Shown here piece after piece: positions 40,192 through 50,131 of a stretch of 64,000 nt of DNA. Location: contig CAZWDO010000017.1 in the NCBI GenBank assembly GCA_964632485.1, positions 1-64,000 of the forward strand, written 5' to 3'. The translations under genes were made by a program, and so were the position numbers. The stretch is from an uncultured bacterium. Its GTDB lineage: Bacteria > JAGOEH01. The notes beneath the pieces were generated by a model. It was not told where the DNA came from and ran no database searches. It saw only the letters and a program-made list of their open reading frames with translations. Position 1 is the first letter of the stretch. Each line of letters starts with the position of its first letter.

Positions 40192-41161
40192 TTAAAGTAT
40201 CTTCAACTTTTTTTAACAGTTCGGGCGAATAGAGGGATTGAGCCATTTTGGTGCGGGCTTTCTCACCGGCCAGGCGAATGGTCTCTAAATCTTTCGGGTT
40301 TTTGATTGTGGTGAGTTTCAATCCTTTTTTCTTCATTTCTTCGATGGATTTCATATTGTCTTCCCGGCTCAGTTTAATCAGCTTTTGCATATACGTGCGG
40401 CCATACCCTCTCATCATCCGTTGTTCTTCGGGGGTGAGCGTTTGCCAGATATCTTTACTGATCAGAATAGCGCCGATCGCGTTTGCCAGGGGCAGCTCCA
40501 GCATATAATTGATTTTTGTGTACCATTGCAGGGAAACCGCTCCCAGGGGAGATACATAAAGTCCGTCAATCATTCCGGTTTGCAATGCGGTAAGAACATC
40601 TGTTACATTCATGGGAATCGGTTTGAAACCCAACGCGTCAAATGTAGCCTTTGCTACCGGGTCCCCTTCCCACATCCACATTTTTATGCCGTTGAGGTCT
40701 TGAATAGAAGTTACTGGTTTCTTGGTAAAAATATAGACAAATCCGACTTCCGCCCATCCCAGCAAAATAAAATTTTTCTTTTCAAACTTAGCGGAAAAAT
40801 CATCAAACAGCAATTGCTGAATCAGATCGGCTTCTTCATTGGAGTTTAATAAAAAAGGAGCATCAAAAATTCGGACTTCCGGGAGGATTTCTCCCAGGGC
40901 AACGCCCGTAAAACCGCCAGCATGAAGCTGCCCCATGCGGATTTTACGCAACACATCAATTTCATTGCCGCTCACTCCACCGGGATAAATACGAAATGAA
41001 ATTTTTTCTTTTGATTCTTCCTGGATAATCTGATTGTACTCTTCCATGACATTCAGCCAGGTTGAACCCCGCGGCGCCAGGGATGCAAATTTGATTTTGA
41101 TCTTTTCAGCATAAATACTAATACTCAAAAGAAGTACCAGGATTATTGAAAAAATACGCAT
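40157..41161 (-). CDS. dctP: TRAP substrate-binding protein (TatP(T) type)
   Basis: IKFASLAPRGSTW, YPGGVSGNE..VLRKIRMGQL, ALQTGMID. Confidence 0.9.
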   Translation of the reverse strand: MRIFSIILVLLLSISIYAEKIKIKFASLAPRGSTWLNVMEEYNQIIQEESKEKISFRIYPGGVSGNEIDVLRKIRMGQLHAGGFTGVALGEILPEVRIFDAPFLLNSNEEADLIQQLLFDDFSAKFEKKNFILLGWAEVGFVYIFTKKPVTSIQDLNGIKMWMWEGDPVAKATFDALGFKPIPMNVTDVLTALQTGMIDGLYVSPLGAVSLQWYTKINYMLELPLANAIGAILISKDIWQTLTPEEQRMMRGYGRTYMQKLIKLSREDNMKSIEEMKKKGLKLTTIKNPKDLETIRLAGEKARTKMAQSLYSPELLKKVEDTLNEFRAKNNSPN

Positions 41162-41212
41162 TTTAACTCCTTTCACTAATTAAACATACTATTTTTCAAA
41201 CCAAAAGTCAAG

Positions 41213-42055
41213 TTAAAAATAATTCTCCTTTTGTTTTATCAAATCTCTGATTCTGTCGATGGCGATTTGATTAGCCAGACGGAATTCGGGATAACGGTCC
41301 AAGGGGAAAGCCATGACTTCTGCTACGGTTTTATCAAATAGTTCTTCATCCATTGTGGTCAGACAATAGTATTTTAAAAAATAATAGTGAGTCAGCAAAA
41401 AATTCCGGTGGTTACCGTTAAACGCTGTTTCAAAATGGAGCCGGCTTTTTTCGATATCGCCCCCGGCAAGGGGTGGGAGCATGGCATAATAGGCGCCCCA
41501 AAAGATATGAACGGAATAGTAATAGTAGTCCGGGATAGTCAGGGTAATCTGATCCATCATGATCGTGATCGGTGTGAGGGCCATCGCCGCCGATGGTTCC
41601 GATATCTGAAGGTTGATCGCGCAGGACCAGTTGAAAGCATACCAGAAAAGCAGCGGTAATTTCTCTTTTGGAGTATTTTTTACATAATTGTTTAGCGTTT
41701 CCGGGGACAACTGGGCGGGATCATATCCCAGAATTTTTTCAGCTATCTCCATCCCTTTGTGATAAAGGGCAATAGCCCGTAATGTATCCCTGTTTTCCAC
41801 ATAACCCAGAGAATAACTACAATAGGCCTGGCTGCCTAAAATAGCATAATTGATATCCCCGGGATATGAATACAATAGACCTTCGATTAATTTTAAACCC
41901 GTAGGAAGCGCTGCCTCTGCCAGTACCGCATCGGATTCTTCAAATAAAGCGGTAACCGTACCACGCATAATCGAATCAATTTCCTTTTTAGCCAGTCGTG
42001 AAGGAATTCCGCAGGATATGAACAAAAACAATAAAAAAAACAATAAACGCTTCAT
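41213..42055 (-). CDS. TRAP transporter TatT (T-component) lipoprotein
   Basis: Lipobox FISC; ESDAVLAEAALP..LKLIEGLL, PPLAGGD.EKS..HF, RLANQIA; directly upstream of dctP. Confidence 0.82.
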   Translation of the reverse strand: MKRLLFFLLFLFISCGIPSRLAKKEIDSIMRGTVTALFEESDAVLAEAALPTGLKLIEGLLYSYPGDINYAILGSQAYCSYSLGYVENRDTLRAIALYHKGMEIAEKILGYDPAQLSPETLNNYVKNTPKEKLPLLFWYAFNWSCAINLQISEPSAAMALTPITIMMDQITLTIPDYYYYSVHIFWGAYYAMLPPLAGGDIEKSRLHFETAFNGNHRNFLLTHYYFLKYYCLTTMDEELFDKTVAEVMAFPLDRYPEFRLANQIAIDRIRDLIKQKENYF

Positions 42056-42073
42056 AACCCATCCTTTCTTAGC

Positions 42074-42397
42074 TTAGGGTCGGGTCAGTTTTTTCAGAAT
42101 CTTGATTTCAGTCCGGCTCAGGCGCAAGTATTGATTTAAACTGCCAACAGGCGGCAGGGTTCCCATGCGGGTTCTTAAATCAATGAGTTGACGGGCTTTT
42201 TGGGGCCCAATCCGGGGTAGTTCCATCAATTGCTCGCGGCTTGCCTGAGAAAGCGATAAGGGCTGATTCCCAAGGATATCGATTCTGCTGCTCCATAAAT
42301 GATTCTGAAGGCAATAGCCAGCAATAAAAAGAAATATTAACCCACAGAACAGAATACGTTCTTTTTTTGAAAACCGAAAAAAAGCGCGGAAACTCAT
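42074..42397 (-). CDS. ComEA-like helix-hairpin-helix DNA-binding protein
   Basis: N-terminal TM plus QASREQLMELPRIGPQKARQLIDLR. Confidence 0.75.
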   Translation of the reverse strand: MSFRAFFRFSKKERILFCGLIFLFIAGYCLQNHLWSSRIDILGNQPLSLSQASREQLMELPRIGPQKARQLIDLRTRMGTLPPVGSLNQYLRLSRTEIKILKKLTRP

Positions 42398-43716
42398 GGG
42401 ACTAAAGTTCCGATGACTCGTTCCTGGGGATCGACATATTCAAGCTGAGTCTGGACAAATTGATTTACATCCGGGCGAGATGTACGGAAATGAACGCGGA
42501 TGTAATTGGAGGTTAAGCCGTTCCACCATTGTCCGTCGATTAGTTGAGATTCCACTAATATTTCCATTTTTTTATCTATAAACTGATTATAGAATTCACG
42601 GCGCTTATACCGTCCCAGGGCAATTATCTGATTGGTACGTTCCTGTATGGTTTCTTTGGATAGTTTGGGTTGCATCAGGGAGGATTTTGTGCCGGGCCGG
42701 TCGGAATAGCTGAAAACATGAATGTAACACGGAGGCAGATCCTTTGTGAATTGGTAGGTGTCTTGAAAATCGCTCTCTTGTTCGCCTGGATGGCCGATAA
42801 TCAGATCAAGGCCGATTCCGATCTCCGGGATTTTGTTGGTAATCATGTTAATCAATCGATTATAATCCGATGTGGTATAATGTCGGTTCATTACTTTTAA
42901 TATTCGGTTGGAACCGCTTTGCAGAGGAATATGAAGGTGTCGGCAAATACGGGGTGTATAGCCGATGAAATCGATCAGCTCTTCTGAAAATTCGTTGGGT
43001 TCGATTGATGTCAGACGAATCCGGGCGATACTGGTTTCTTTGATGATTCTTTTCAACAAGGGCAGCAATAAATAGTCGTCTTGCTCCAAACCGTACTTGC
43101 CGATATGGATGCCGGTAAGTACGATCTCCTTGAAATTCTGTTCCTGAAAAATCGCGATCTGTTCGATTACGCGATCCAGGGACCGACTTCTGTATTTACC
43201 GCGCAAATAGGGGATGATGCAGTAGGAACAAAACGCCTCGCAGCCGTCCTGGATTTTGAGGAAAGCGCGGGTTCGTTCGGTGAAATGATGAAGCAATTGT
43301 TCATTGGCATGAAATTGATACTCTGCGAGATGCCGATGGACAAAAATAAAGGGAAACCCGGTCTTTTGACCTGATTTATAAAACCGCTTTAAAAAAAGTT
43401 GGATATCTTCTTTTTCCAAATTGCCCAGGATCAGGTCAATCCCGTCTATTGTCGCTAATTCCTGCGCATGCAATTGGGCCATGCAACCTGTTACTACGAT
43501 AAAAGCTTTGGGATTCTGGTTGATGAAGCGCCGTATATATTGCCGGGCGCGCTGTTCACTTTTTTGAGTGACCGCGCAGGTATTGAAGATCAATAGGTCG
43601 GCTTTTGCGGGGGTGTCAACGATTCCAATATCCATTTGGGAAAGAATCTCTTTAATGCTTTCAATTTCATAGCGGTTGACTTTGCATCCGAATGAAATCA
43701 GATAGGCGTGATCCAT
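42394..43716 (-). CDS. mtaB: tRNA t6A37 methylthiotransferase
   Basis: GCKVNRYE, NTCAVT, TGC, RTRAFLKIQDGCEAFCSYCIIP (CxxxCxxC), LTGIHIG, HVFSYSDRPGT. Confidence 0.92.
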   Translation of the reverse strand: MDHAYLISFGCKVNRYEIESIKEILSQMDIGIVDTPAKADLLIFNTCAVTQKSEQRARQYIRRFINQNPKAFIVVTGCMAQLHAQELATIDGIDLILGNLEKEDIQLFLKRFYKSGQKTGFPFIFVHRHLAEYQFHANEQLLHHFTERTRAFLKIQDGCEAFCSYCIIPYLRGKYRSRSLDRVIEQIAIFQEQNFKEIVLTGIHIGKYGLEQDDYLLLPLLKRIIKETSIARIRLTSIEPNEFSEELIDFIGYTPRICRHLHIPLQSGSNRILKVMNRHYTTSDYNRLINMITNKIPEIGIGLDLIIGHPGEQESDFQDTYQFTKDLPPCYIHVFSYSDRPGTKSSLMQPKLSKETIQERTNQIIALGRYKRREFYNQFIDKKMEILVESQLIDGQWWNGLTSNYIRVHFRTSRPDVNQFVQTQLEYVDPQERVIGTLVP

Positions 43717-43718
43717 CG

Positions 43719-46700
43719 TTAGAAATCGATCCCAAAGGAGTACATGGTTCTGGGTCGGACTTTAAAGGGCTTAGCGAAGGAAGTCGGATAGGCGAAATCA
43801 ATTTTTAACAATGCGATGCCGATGTTCAAGCGAATCCCGTATCCGTAGGCGGCGATGGGCGAAGAGAGATGACCGCTTTGGAGTAGTTTGAAATCGCGCC
43901 ATTGATCCCAGGCAGCGCCCATATCCAGAAATGTCACGCCGGTAATCGCCATAAAACCGAATTTAGCCGGCCAGTTAAAAATTAAATAATCAATAAAGCG
44001 AAAGCGGAATTCCAGATTACACAGCGCTCCAACCTCACCTTTGCGGGCATAAAAGGGATGTCCCCGCATGGGTAAAAACAATTCGGACATATACGTTTCC
44101 TGCATGTCCCATGTACTGTATTCCCGCCGTTCATAATTTAACCAGTTTTCCGTACCGCCTAAATAGAATTGGGGTTTATTGGCCCCAAACGATTTTCCTC
44201 CCGCGAATCTGACCGCTAATGTATATTCCCGCCGAAAATTGAAATATTTCCGGTAGTCAAAGGTCATGCGCTGAAAGCTGATATCCTGCGGACGCAGCGG
44301 GATGGCTTGTTCATAGCTTAAATAGTACCGCCAGCCATTGGACGGCCCCGTATATCCCCATAGTATATTGTCAAAAATGTAACGGGTTTGGAAAATATTG
44401 ATGTGCATATCCTCGCGGTCAACCGGATAGATCAGATTGTAATAGGGATCATACAAATATTTCCTGACATTGAGGGCGAAGGAACTCAGACTGCTTTCAA
44501 AACGGGTATATTTGTTGAAAGGATAGGCTAAATAAGCTTGAATACCAACCTGTTTGGATGAATAAATATCCGTATAGGTTAGCTGGTAGTCATATTTAAA
44601 ATGAAAGACATTGACGCCGAAATCCCATTTTTTTGCAAGATAACTGTAATAGGCCTGGATATTGCTGTTTTCGAACGAGTAATAAAGATCACTGTAAATT
44701 ATTATTCGATGATTGCCTAACACATCGCTGAAGGCGAACACCGCCTGACCTCCCATTCCATAATAGGTGTCGTAATAAAAATTCCCCGTAACAATATCGG
44801 GGCTGAACGTGGTTTGGTAGGGGAGAGATTTTTGGATATCGGTTTGAACTTTTTCGATATACTCATCGCCGATCAACGGTCTTCCCAGGCTGTCGCGGGG
44901 ATGCGTCAACGTGTCATCCTGAGTTTTTGACGGATGCGCAAGCGGCATGGAATCCTGGGGGGTAACCGCTATATTGGCTGTATCGGGTGGTTGAACGGGG
45001 CCTAACGCATAGTTTTGATTCTCGAATTTAAATACAAGCTGGCGCGGGTTGGCGCGGGTTTTAGAGAACATACTAATACTTTTGCCATAGGTGAATTCAG
45101 TAAACTGCTGGTAAAAGCCGTATATTTCATTCGTTTCACGAAAGAGTGTCGGCGATAGTTGCGGATATTTTCCCTGGCGTTGAAGGGGATTGTTCAGGAT
45201 AAATATGTCCCATCCGCCTTTAATAAAACTGCAAAAAGCAATTTTATCGCTTTTTTGAGCCCAGGATATATGTTTACAACCCGATAAGATGTTGGTAATG
45301 GCTTCACTTTTGGAAGCGGCCATATCGTAAATATAGATATTGGCGATGCCGTTCAGGTCGGAAATGTAAGCGAGCTTTTTACCATCTCCGGACCAGGCGG
45401 GAGTTTCATTTAAAACGCTGTCCTTCGTCACAGCTATCCATTGCCGGGTTTCTAAATCCATACAAAAAATGTTTTGGAAATGATAACCCAATCGGTTCTG
45501 GTAAACTGCATCGGGATGGTCTGCATTAACCGGACGGTCTGAAGCGAAAGCGACCCATTGGCCGTCGGGAGAAATCACCGGGTCTTTCTGGGTATAAGCA
45601 TCCTCAGTAATTGGCGTTAGCTCTTCGGTGGCGAGGTTATAGAGATAAATATCCTGCAATCCGTTTTTAAAACCGGTAAAGACAATTTTTTGATCATCGG
45701 GGCTGAAGGAAGGGGAGCTAATCCCGTCCATTTCCAGTTCGATGCGTTTGATTTCTTTACGTTTTTTTGCGTCATACACGACAATAACATCGTAGTTTTT
45801 ATCCTGGGTCACAAACGCAAGCCACAGGGATTGATTGGCCCAGGATAACCTGGTTTCAAAACTGTGGAATGATTCAAGCGAGCCCTTCTGCCCGCTTTTT
45901 ACCAGACACCATTTATCCTTTTTTTTGGCGGTGGATTGTATAAATAACCCGGGATAATCATTCATATCGGAAATATAGGCAATATATTCTCCGTTGGGCG
46001 ATAGGGTCGGCATAATATTAAAATAAGATTTATCCTTGGTATGGTCGGTAAAAGTTTTGGCAAAATTATCGGCTTCCTCTCGTTTGGACAATTCCCGCCA
46101 ATAGATGGTTTTAACCCATTTTGACCAATCCTCATTGAATTCTTCGATTTCCAGACCGAATACTTTTTTAAATAATTGATTAGCGGTGTTGACGCTTTTT
46201 ACCGAGCGTAACAATTCACCGATTTTTTCTTTGCCATATTTTTTGTAGATGTAATAATAGACCGATTGACCGCCTTTATATGCGAAATATCCATCAAGGT
46301 AATCAATAGGGGGCAGATAATTGTGGATTTGGGCATCCCGGATAATCATATCCGCTTCCGTATCCCAGAATGTGCTGACAAACTCCGGCAATCCTTCTTC
46401 GAACCAGGACGGTAATTGAATAAACCGCCTTTTATTGATCAAATTTTGTATTTTACCGCCAAAAAGATAATAATGAAAGATGGCATGAGTTAATTCATGG
46501 TGGAGTACGTGGCGATAGTCGTTGTAAGAACCGTTAAAGGGCAGTACAACACGTGATTTGAAAGCTTCGGTAAATCCCTGCACGCCCTCGGGGAGACTCT
46601 CTTCGATGACGTTGGTCTGTAGAAATTCATTGGGTGAGTTGTAAACCAGAATGGGAATCCGTTCATCCAGTTCATATTGTAAATACTGCTTGAATATTTG

Positions 46701-46895
46701 ATAAAAACGTTCCGATTCCAAGGCGGTAAACTCAGCTAAGAAATCGCTGCCATTTTCAAAATAAATGTCGAAATGTGTTGTACTAAAGGTATAAATTTCA
46801 AAGTTCTCGTATTGGACCTTGTTTTTACCAAATTGAGCAAAAAGAGGCAGGCAAAAGAGAACCAGGAAACTAAAAATTTTCAAAAATTTCATCAT
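43719..46895 (-). CDS. Fusion of gluzincin (MA clan) peptidase, TolB-like PD40 propeller and Omp85-like beta-barrel
   Basis: AQFGKNKVQY; HELTH...WFEEG; repeated P.(F/W)S.DG; MRGH and FLDMG barrel motifs; terminal F. Confidence 0.8.
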   Translation of the reverse strand: MMKFLKIFSFLVLFCLPLFAQFGKNKVQYENFEIYTFSTTHFDIYFENGSDFLAEFTALESERFYQIFKQYLQYELDERIPILVYNSPNEFLQTNVIEESLPEGVQGFTEAFKSRVVLPFNGSYNDYRHVLHHELTHAIFHYYLFGGKIQNLINKRRFIQLPSWFEEGLPEFVSTFWDTEADMIIRDAQIHNYLPPIDYLDGYFAYKGGQSVYYYIYKKYGKEKIGELLRSVKSVNTANQLFKKVFGLEIEEFNEDWSKWVKTIYWRELSKREEADNFAKTFTDHTKDKSYFNIMPTLSPNGEYIAYISDMNDYPGLFIQSTAKKKDKWCLVKSGQKGSLESFHSFETRLSWANQSLWLAFVTQDKNYDVIVVYDAKKRKEIKRIELEMDGISSPSFSPDDQKIVFTGFKNGLQDIYLYNLATEELTPITEDAYTQKDPVISPDGQWVAFASDRPVNADHPDAVYQNRLGYHFQNIFCMDLETRQWIAVTKDSVLNETPAWSGDGKKLAYISDLNGIANIYIYDMAASKSEAITNILSGCKHISWAQKSDKIAFCSFIKGGWDIFILNNPLQRQGKYPQLSPTLFRETNEIYGFYQQFTEFTYGKSISMFSKTRANPRQLVFKFENQNYALGPVQPPDTANIAVTPQDSMPLAHPSKTQDDTLTHPRDSLGRPLIGDEYIEKVQTDIQKSLPYQTTFSPDIVTGNFYYDTYYGMGGQAVFAFSDVLGNHRIIIYSDLYYSFENSNIQAYYSYLAKKWDFGVNVFHFKYDYQLTYTDIYSSKQVGIQAYLAYPFNKYTRFESSLSSFALNVRKYLYDPYYNLIYPVDREDMHINIFQTRYIFDNILWGYTGPSNGWRYYLSYEQAIPLRPQDISFQRMTFDYRKYFNFRREYTLAVRFAGGKSFGANKPQFYLGGTENWLNYERREYSTWDMQETYMSELFLPMRGHPFYARKGEVGALCNLEFRFRFIDYLIFNWPAKFGFMAITGVTFLDMGAAWDQWRDFKLLQSGHLSSPIAAYGYGIRLNIGIALLKIDFAYPTSFAKPFKVRPRTMYSFGIDF

Positions 46896-47538
46896 AACTG
46901 GGCTCCAGGACTTTAATTCCAAAAACATCTTCGAAAGCAAGTCGTTCTTCGGTGGTTGATAAAAGGGATTGGGTTTGATTCATCCATTCTGTTTTGTTGT
47001 CGATGAATGTTTGTAAGGCAGCTTCATCGTCAACTCTCAGACACTCTAATTGATCAAGTAAATCTCGGAGGATTACGGCCATGTGCTCGATCTGTTGCCG
47101 AACCCGGTCCACAAACTGGAACCGGCCAATCAGGTCATCGAATTGATGATCCGCTGAGCGGATGTGAGATTGAAGCCGATGCAGTACCAGATAAATATCA
47201 TTGTGATATTGCTGATCGATATAAGCTGAATATGCGGCGTCTGGTTTTTCTTTCATTTTGGTTTGCAAATATTGGTCGATGCGCTCCGCCATTTCCATTG
47301 CCGAGCGTTTATCTTCGGCATTTTCAATTTCTTCTCCGGGATTGAGGAATTTTTCTCCCAGCTCTTTGCTATCGGTGGTTAATTGGTTGATATTGATGAT
47401 ATGGGAAAGAATCGCCGCTGACTCTTCTTCCAGTGTTTTGCGAATTTTTTCCAATACTGTCCAAATAAAATTTAAGTAGGATAGTTCCTGGTTCTTAAAA
47501 ATATCATACAGAGTTTTGTTAAGTTTTTTTTTAGTCAT
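46870..47538 (-). CDS. Hypothetical helical protein with CheZ/MCP-tail-like QFxDxxxQ motif
   Basis: FQFVDRVRQQIEH and STTEER motifs; SD GAGG; within the operon. Confidence 0.55.
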   Translation of the reverse strand: MTKKKLNKTLYDIFKNQELSYLNFIWTVLEKIRKTLEEESAAILSHIININQLTTDSKELGEKFLNPGEEIENAEDKRSAMEMAERIDQYLQTKMKEKPDAAYSAYIDQQYHNDIYLVLHRLQSHIRSADHQFDDLIGRFQFVDRVRQQIEHMAVILRDLLDQLECLRVDDEAALQTFIDNKTEWMNQTQSLLSTTEERLAFEDVFGIKVLEPSYDEIFENF

Positions 47539-47576
47539 ATCGGTATCCTCTTTAAAATATCAACTTGGGATACTGC

Positions 47577-48569
47577 TTAAGAGTTCCCTAAATACGGGTT
47601 ATCAGTTTCTAAATAATTCCTCACGTAATCTTCGATGCCCTTTTCCAGAGTGTAACGAGGGTAAATCTCAGGTTTTTCATTCTTGAGAGTTAGAAAACAC
47701 TGTTTCATATCGGCTTTTGTATAGTATTGGTACTGATGGCGGATAGATTCCGGCATATCGATAAAGTCAATCCGCGGGGGGAGTTCCAGGCTGTTGAAAA
47801 CGGCCCGCGAAAGATCATTGAAAGAGCTTGCGTAGCCGGTGCCGATATTCAGCAATCCGTTGGCGTGGGTATTGAAATAGAGTTTTAATGTCAGATCGAC
47901 GACATCCTTGATATATACAAAATCACGTTGCTGACCCCCGTCCGGGTATTCAGGACGATAGGAGCGAAACAGTTTCATCTCACCGGTTTGTTTGATCTGT
48001 TCCCAGGTTTTAATGACGACACTGCGCATTTCGCCTTTATGATACTCATTGGGGCCATAGACATTGAAAAATTTTAACCCTAAGGCATTGTGATTCATCC
48101 CCTGGGCGCGCAAGTAGAGGTCGAAGCGTTGTTTGCTGAATCCGTAGGGATTGAGGGGGATCAGCGTGGAAGGATCGCAGGAATCACTGAAACCCTGCTG
48201 GCCGTTGCCGTAGGTGGCGGCGCTTGAAGCGTAAACAAACCGTTTTTTGTGAGTGAGCGCAAGGCGCATTAGTTTTTTTGAGAATTCTGTGTTGTTATGG
48301 ATTAAATAGGAAACATCGCCCTCAGTCGTGCTGCTGCAGGCCCCCATGTGCAGGATACCATCAATTGAAGGGCCTGGCAACTCTTTTTCCAAGTAGTTTA
48401 TGAGTTGGTCTTTTTCGAGATAATCCTTGAATTTCAATTGATTCAGATTTTTCCATTTCGTGGATTGTCCCAGATGATCCGCAATCAATATATCATCGCG
48501 CCCTTTTTGATTGAGGCCCCAGACAAGGGCGCTGCCGATGAATCCGGCGCCGCCGGTAACTATGATCAT
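47577..48569 (-). CDS. hldD: ADP-L-glycero-D-manno-heptose 6-epimerase
   Basis: IIVTGGAGFIGS, HMGACSSTTE, YASSAATYG, PLNPYGFSK, FFNVYGPNEYHKG, YQYYTKAD. Confidence 0.93.
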   Translation of the reverse strand: MIIVTGGAGFIGSALVWGLNQKGRDDILIADHLGQSTKWKNLNQLKFKDYLEKDQLINYLEKELPGPSIDGILHMGACSSTTEGDVSYLIHNNTEFSKKLMRLALTHKKRFVYASSAATYGNGQQGFSDSCDPSTLIPLNPYGFSKQRFDLYLRAQGMNHNALGLKFFNVYGPNEYHKGEMRSVVIKTWEQIKQTGEMKLFRSYRPEYPDGGQQRDFVYIKDVVDLTLKLYFNTHANGLLNIGTGYASSFNDLSRAVFNSLELPPRIDFIDMPESIRHQYQYYTKADMKQCFLTLKNEKPEIYPRYTLEKGIEDYVRNYLETDNPYLGNS

Positions 48570-48577
48570 GTTGTCTC

Positions 48578-49975
48578 CTAAAAATCGATACTTCCAGGGG
48601 TTCGGTGAAACGGGATTACGTCGCGGATATTCTTCATCCCGGTGATAAAAAGAAGCAGGCGTTCCAGTCCCAGGCCGAATCCGGCATGTGGTACCGTGCC
48701 AAACCGCCGCAAATCAATATACCACCAGTAGTCCTGGGGGTTGAGTCCCAGTTCGGCGATGCGTTTCAATAGTATATCCTCTCGTTCTTCACGCTGACTG
48801 CCGCCGATGATCTCTCCAATCCCCGGCAGTAGGATATCCATGGCCCGTACCGTGCGGTCGTCATCATTTACTCGCATATAAAACGGTTTGATTGTTTTGG
48901 GATAGTTGATTAGAATGACCGGTTTTTTAAATATTACTTCCGTCAGATAGCGCTCATGTTCCGATTGCAGGTCGCAACCCCAGGAAATGGGAAATTCGAA
49001 CGATTGGCCCGATTTTAACAAGCGATCAATGGCTTCCGTATATTCCAGGCGGATAAAAGGGGTCTCAATCACCTGTTCGATTGATTTTAAAAGTCCCGGT
49101 TCAATCATTTTATCAAAGAATTCCAGATCATCCCGGTCTTCGTTCATGACCTGGCTAAGAACCGATTTCAGAAATTTTTCCGCCAGATTCATATTGTCAT
49201 TGAGGTCATAAAAGGCCATTTCGGGTTCGATCATCCAGAATTCGGCCAGATGGCGGGTGGTGTTGGAGTTTTCAGCGCGGAACGTGGGGCCGAATGTATA
49301 GACCTTGCCGAGCGCTGTGGCGAAGATTTCGGCTTCTAATTGGCCGCTGACCGTCAAATTAGCCGGTTTTCCGAAGAAATCGCGTTCGAAATCGATGCCG
49401 CCGTCTGCGGTACGGGGAACATTGGCCAAATCAAATGTCGAGACATGAAACATTTCCCCGGCGCCCTCGCAATCAGAACCAGTAATGATTGGAGTATGCA
49501 CATAGTAGAAACCCTGTTCATGAAAAAATCGATGGATCGCATAAGAGACCTGGTGGCGTATCCGGTAAACGGCGCCGAAAGTGTTACTTCTTGGACGGAG
49601 ATGGGCGATTTCACGCAGGAATTCAAAGGAGTGCCGTTTTTTCTGTAGCGGGTATTTTTCAGCATCCGCTAATCCAATTAATTCAAGTGATGCGACTTTA
49701 AGTTCCACCGCTTGCTTCCCTCCCGGGGATTCCTGCAGAACGCCGGTAACAATGACGCTTTCGCCCGTATTCAGTTTGAGTATGGTATCGGAATAGTTGG
49801 GCAACGAGCTTTCCGCCAGCGCCTGGATGTTTTTGATTCCGCTGCCGTCATTGATCTCGATAAAGGAGAATCCGCCTTTCGAATCGCGCCGGGTTCGAAC
49901 CCACCCTTTAACGACAACTGTCATCCCTGGTTTTCCGTGGCTGATGATTTCGCGGATGGTTGAGTAATCACCCAT
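48578..49975 (-). CDS. asnS: Asparagine--tRNA ligase
   Basis: [66 protein letters not shown]. Confidence 0.97.
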   Translation of the reverse strand: MGDYSTIREIISHGKPGMTVVVKGWVRTRRDSKGGFSFIEINDGSGIKNIQALAESSLPNYSDTILKLNTGESVIVTGVLQESPGGKQAVELKVASLELIGLADAEKYPLQKKRHSFEFLREIAHLRPRSNTFGAVYRIRHQVSYAIHRFFHEQGFYYVHTPIITGSDCEGAGEMFHVSTFDLANVPRTADGGIDFERDFFGKPANLTVSGQLEAEIFATALGKVYTFGPTFRAENSNTTRHLAEFWMIEPEMAFYDLNDNMNLAEKFLKSVLSQVMNEDRDDLEFFDKMIEPGLLKSIEQVIETPFIRLEYTEAIDRLLKSGQSFEFPISWGCDLQSEHERYLTEVIFKKPVILINYPKTIKPFYMRVNDDDRTVRAMDILLPGIGEIIGGSQREEREDILLKRIAELGLNPQDYWWYIDLRRFGTVPHAGFGLGLERLLLFITGMKNIRDVIPFHRTPGSIDF

Positions 49976-50011
49976 CAGAGTCTCCCTTGCTAATGTTTAT
50001 GGTTTAATTGG

Positions 50012-50040
50012 AAGATACTAATTTAATGGCAATTTGTCAA
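50012..50040 (-). promoter_or_regulatory. sigma70-type promoter of the asnS operon
   Basis: TTGACA-N17-TATCTT. Confidence 0.7.
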
Positions 50041-50131
50041 GAGAGCATTGAGTTTGCTCCCCTTCGAAAGGTGCGGAACACCCTTTGCTTAATTTAAGGG
50101 ATAAAGGCAAAAAAATCAAGTACTTTTTAAA

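Noticed and set aside
49976-50131. T-box leader for asnS
   Set aside because: The promoter is only ~35 bp from the start codon and no T-box consensus is present.
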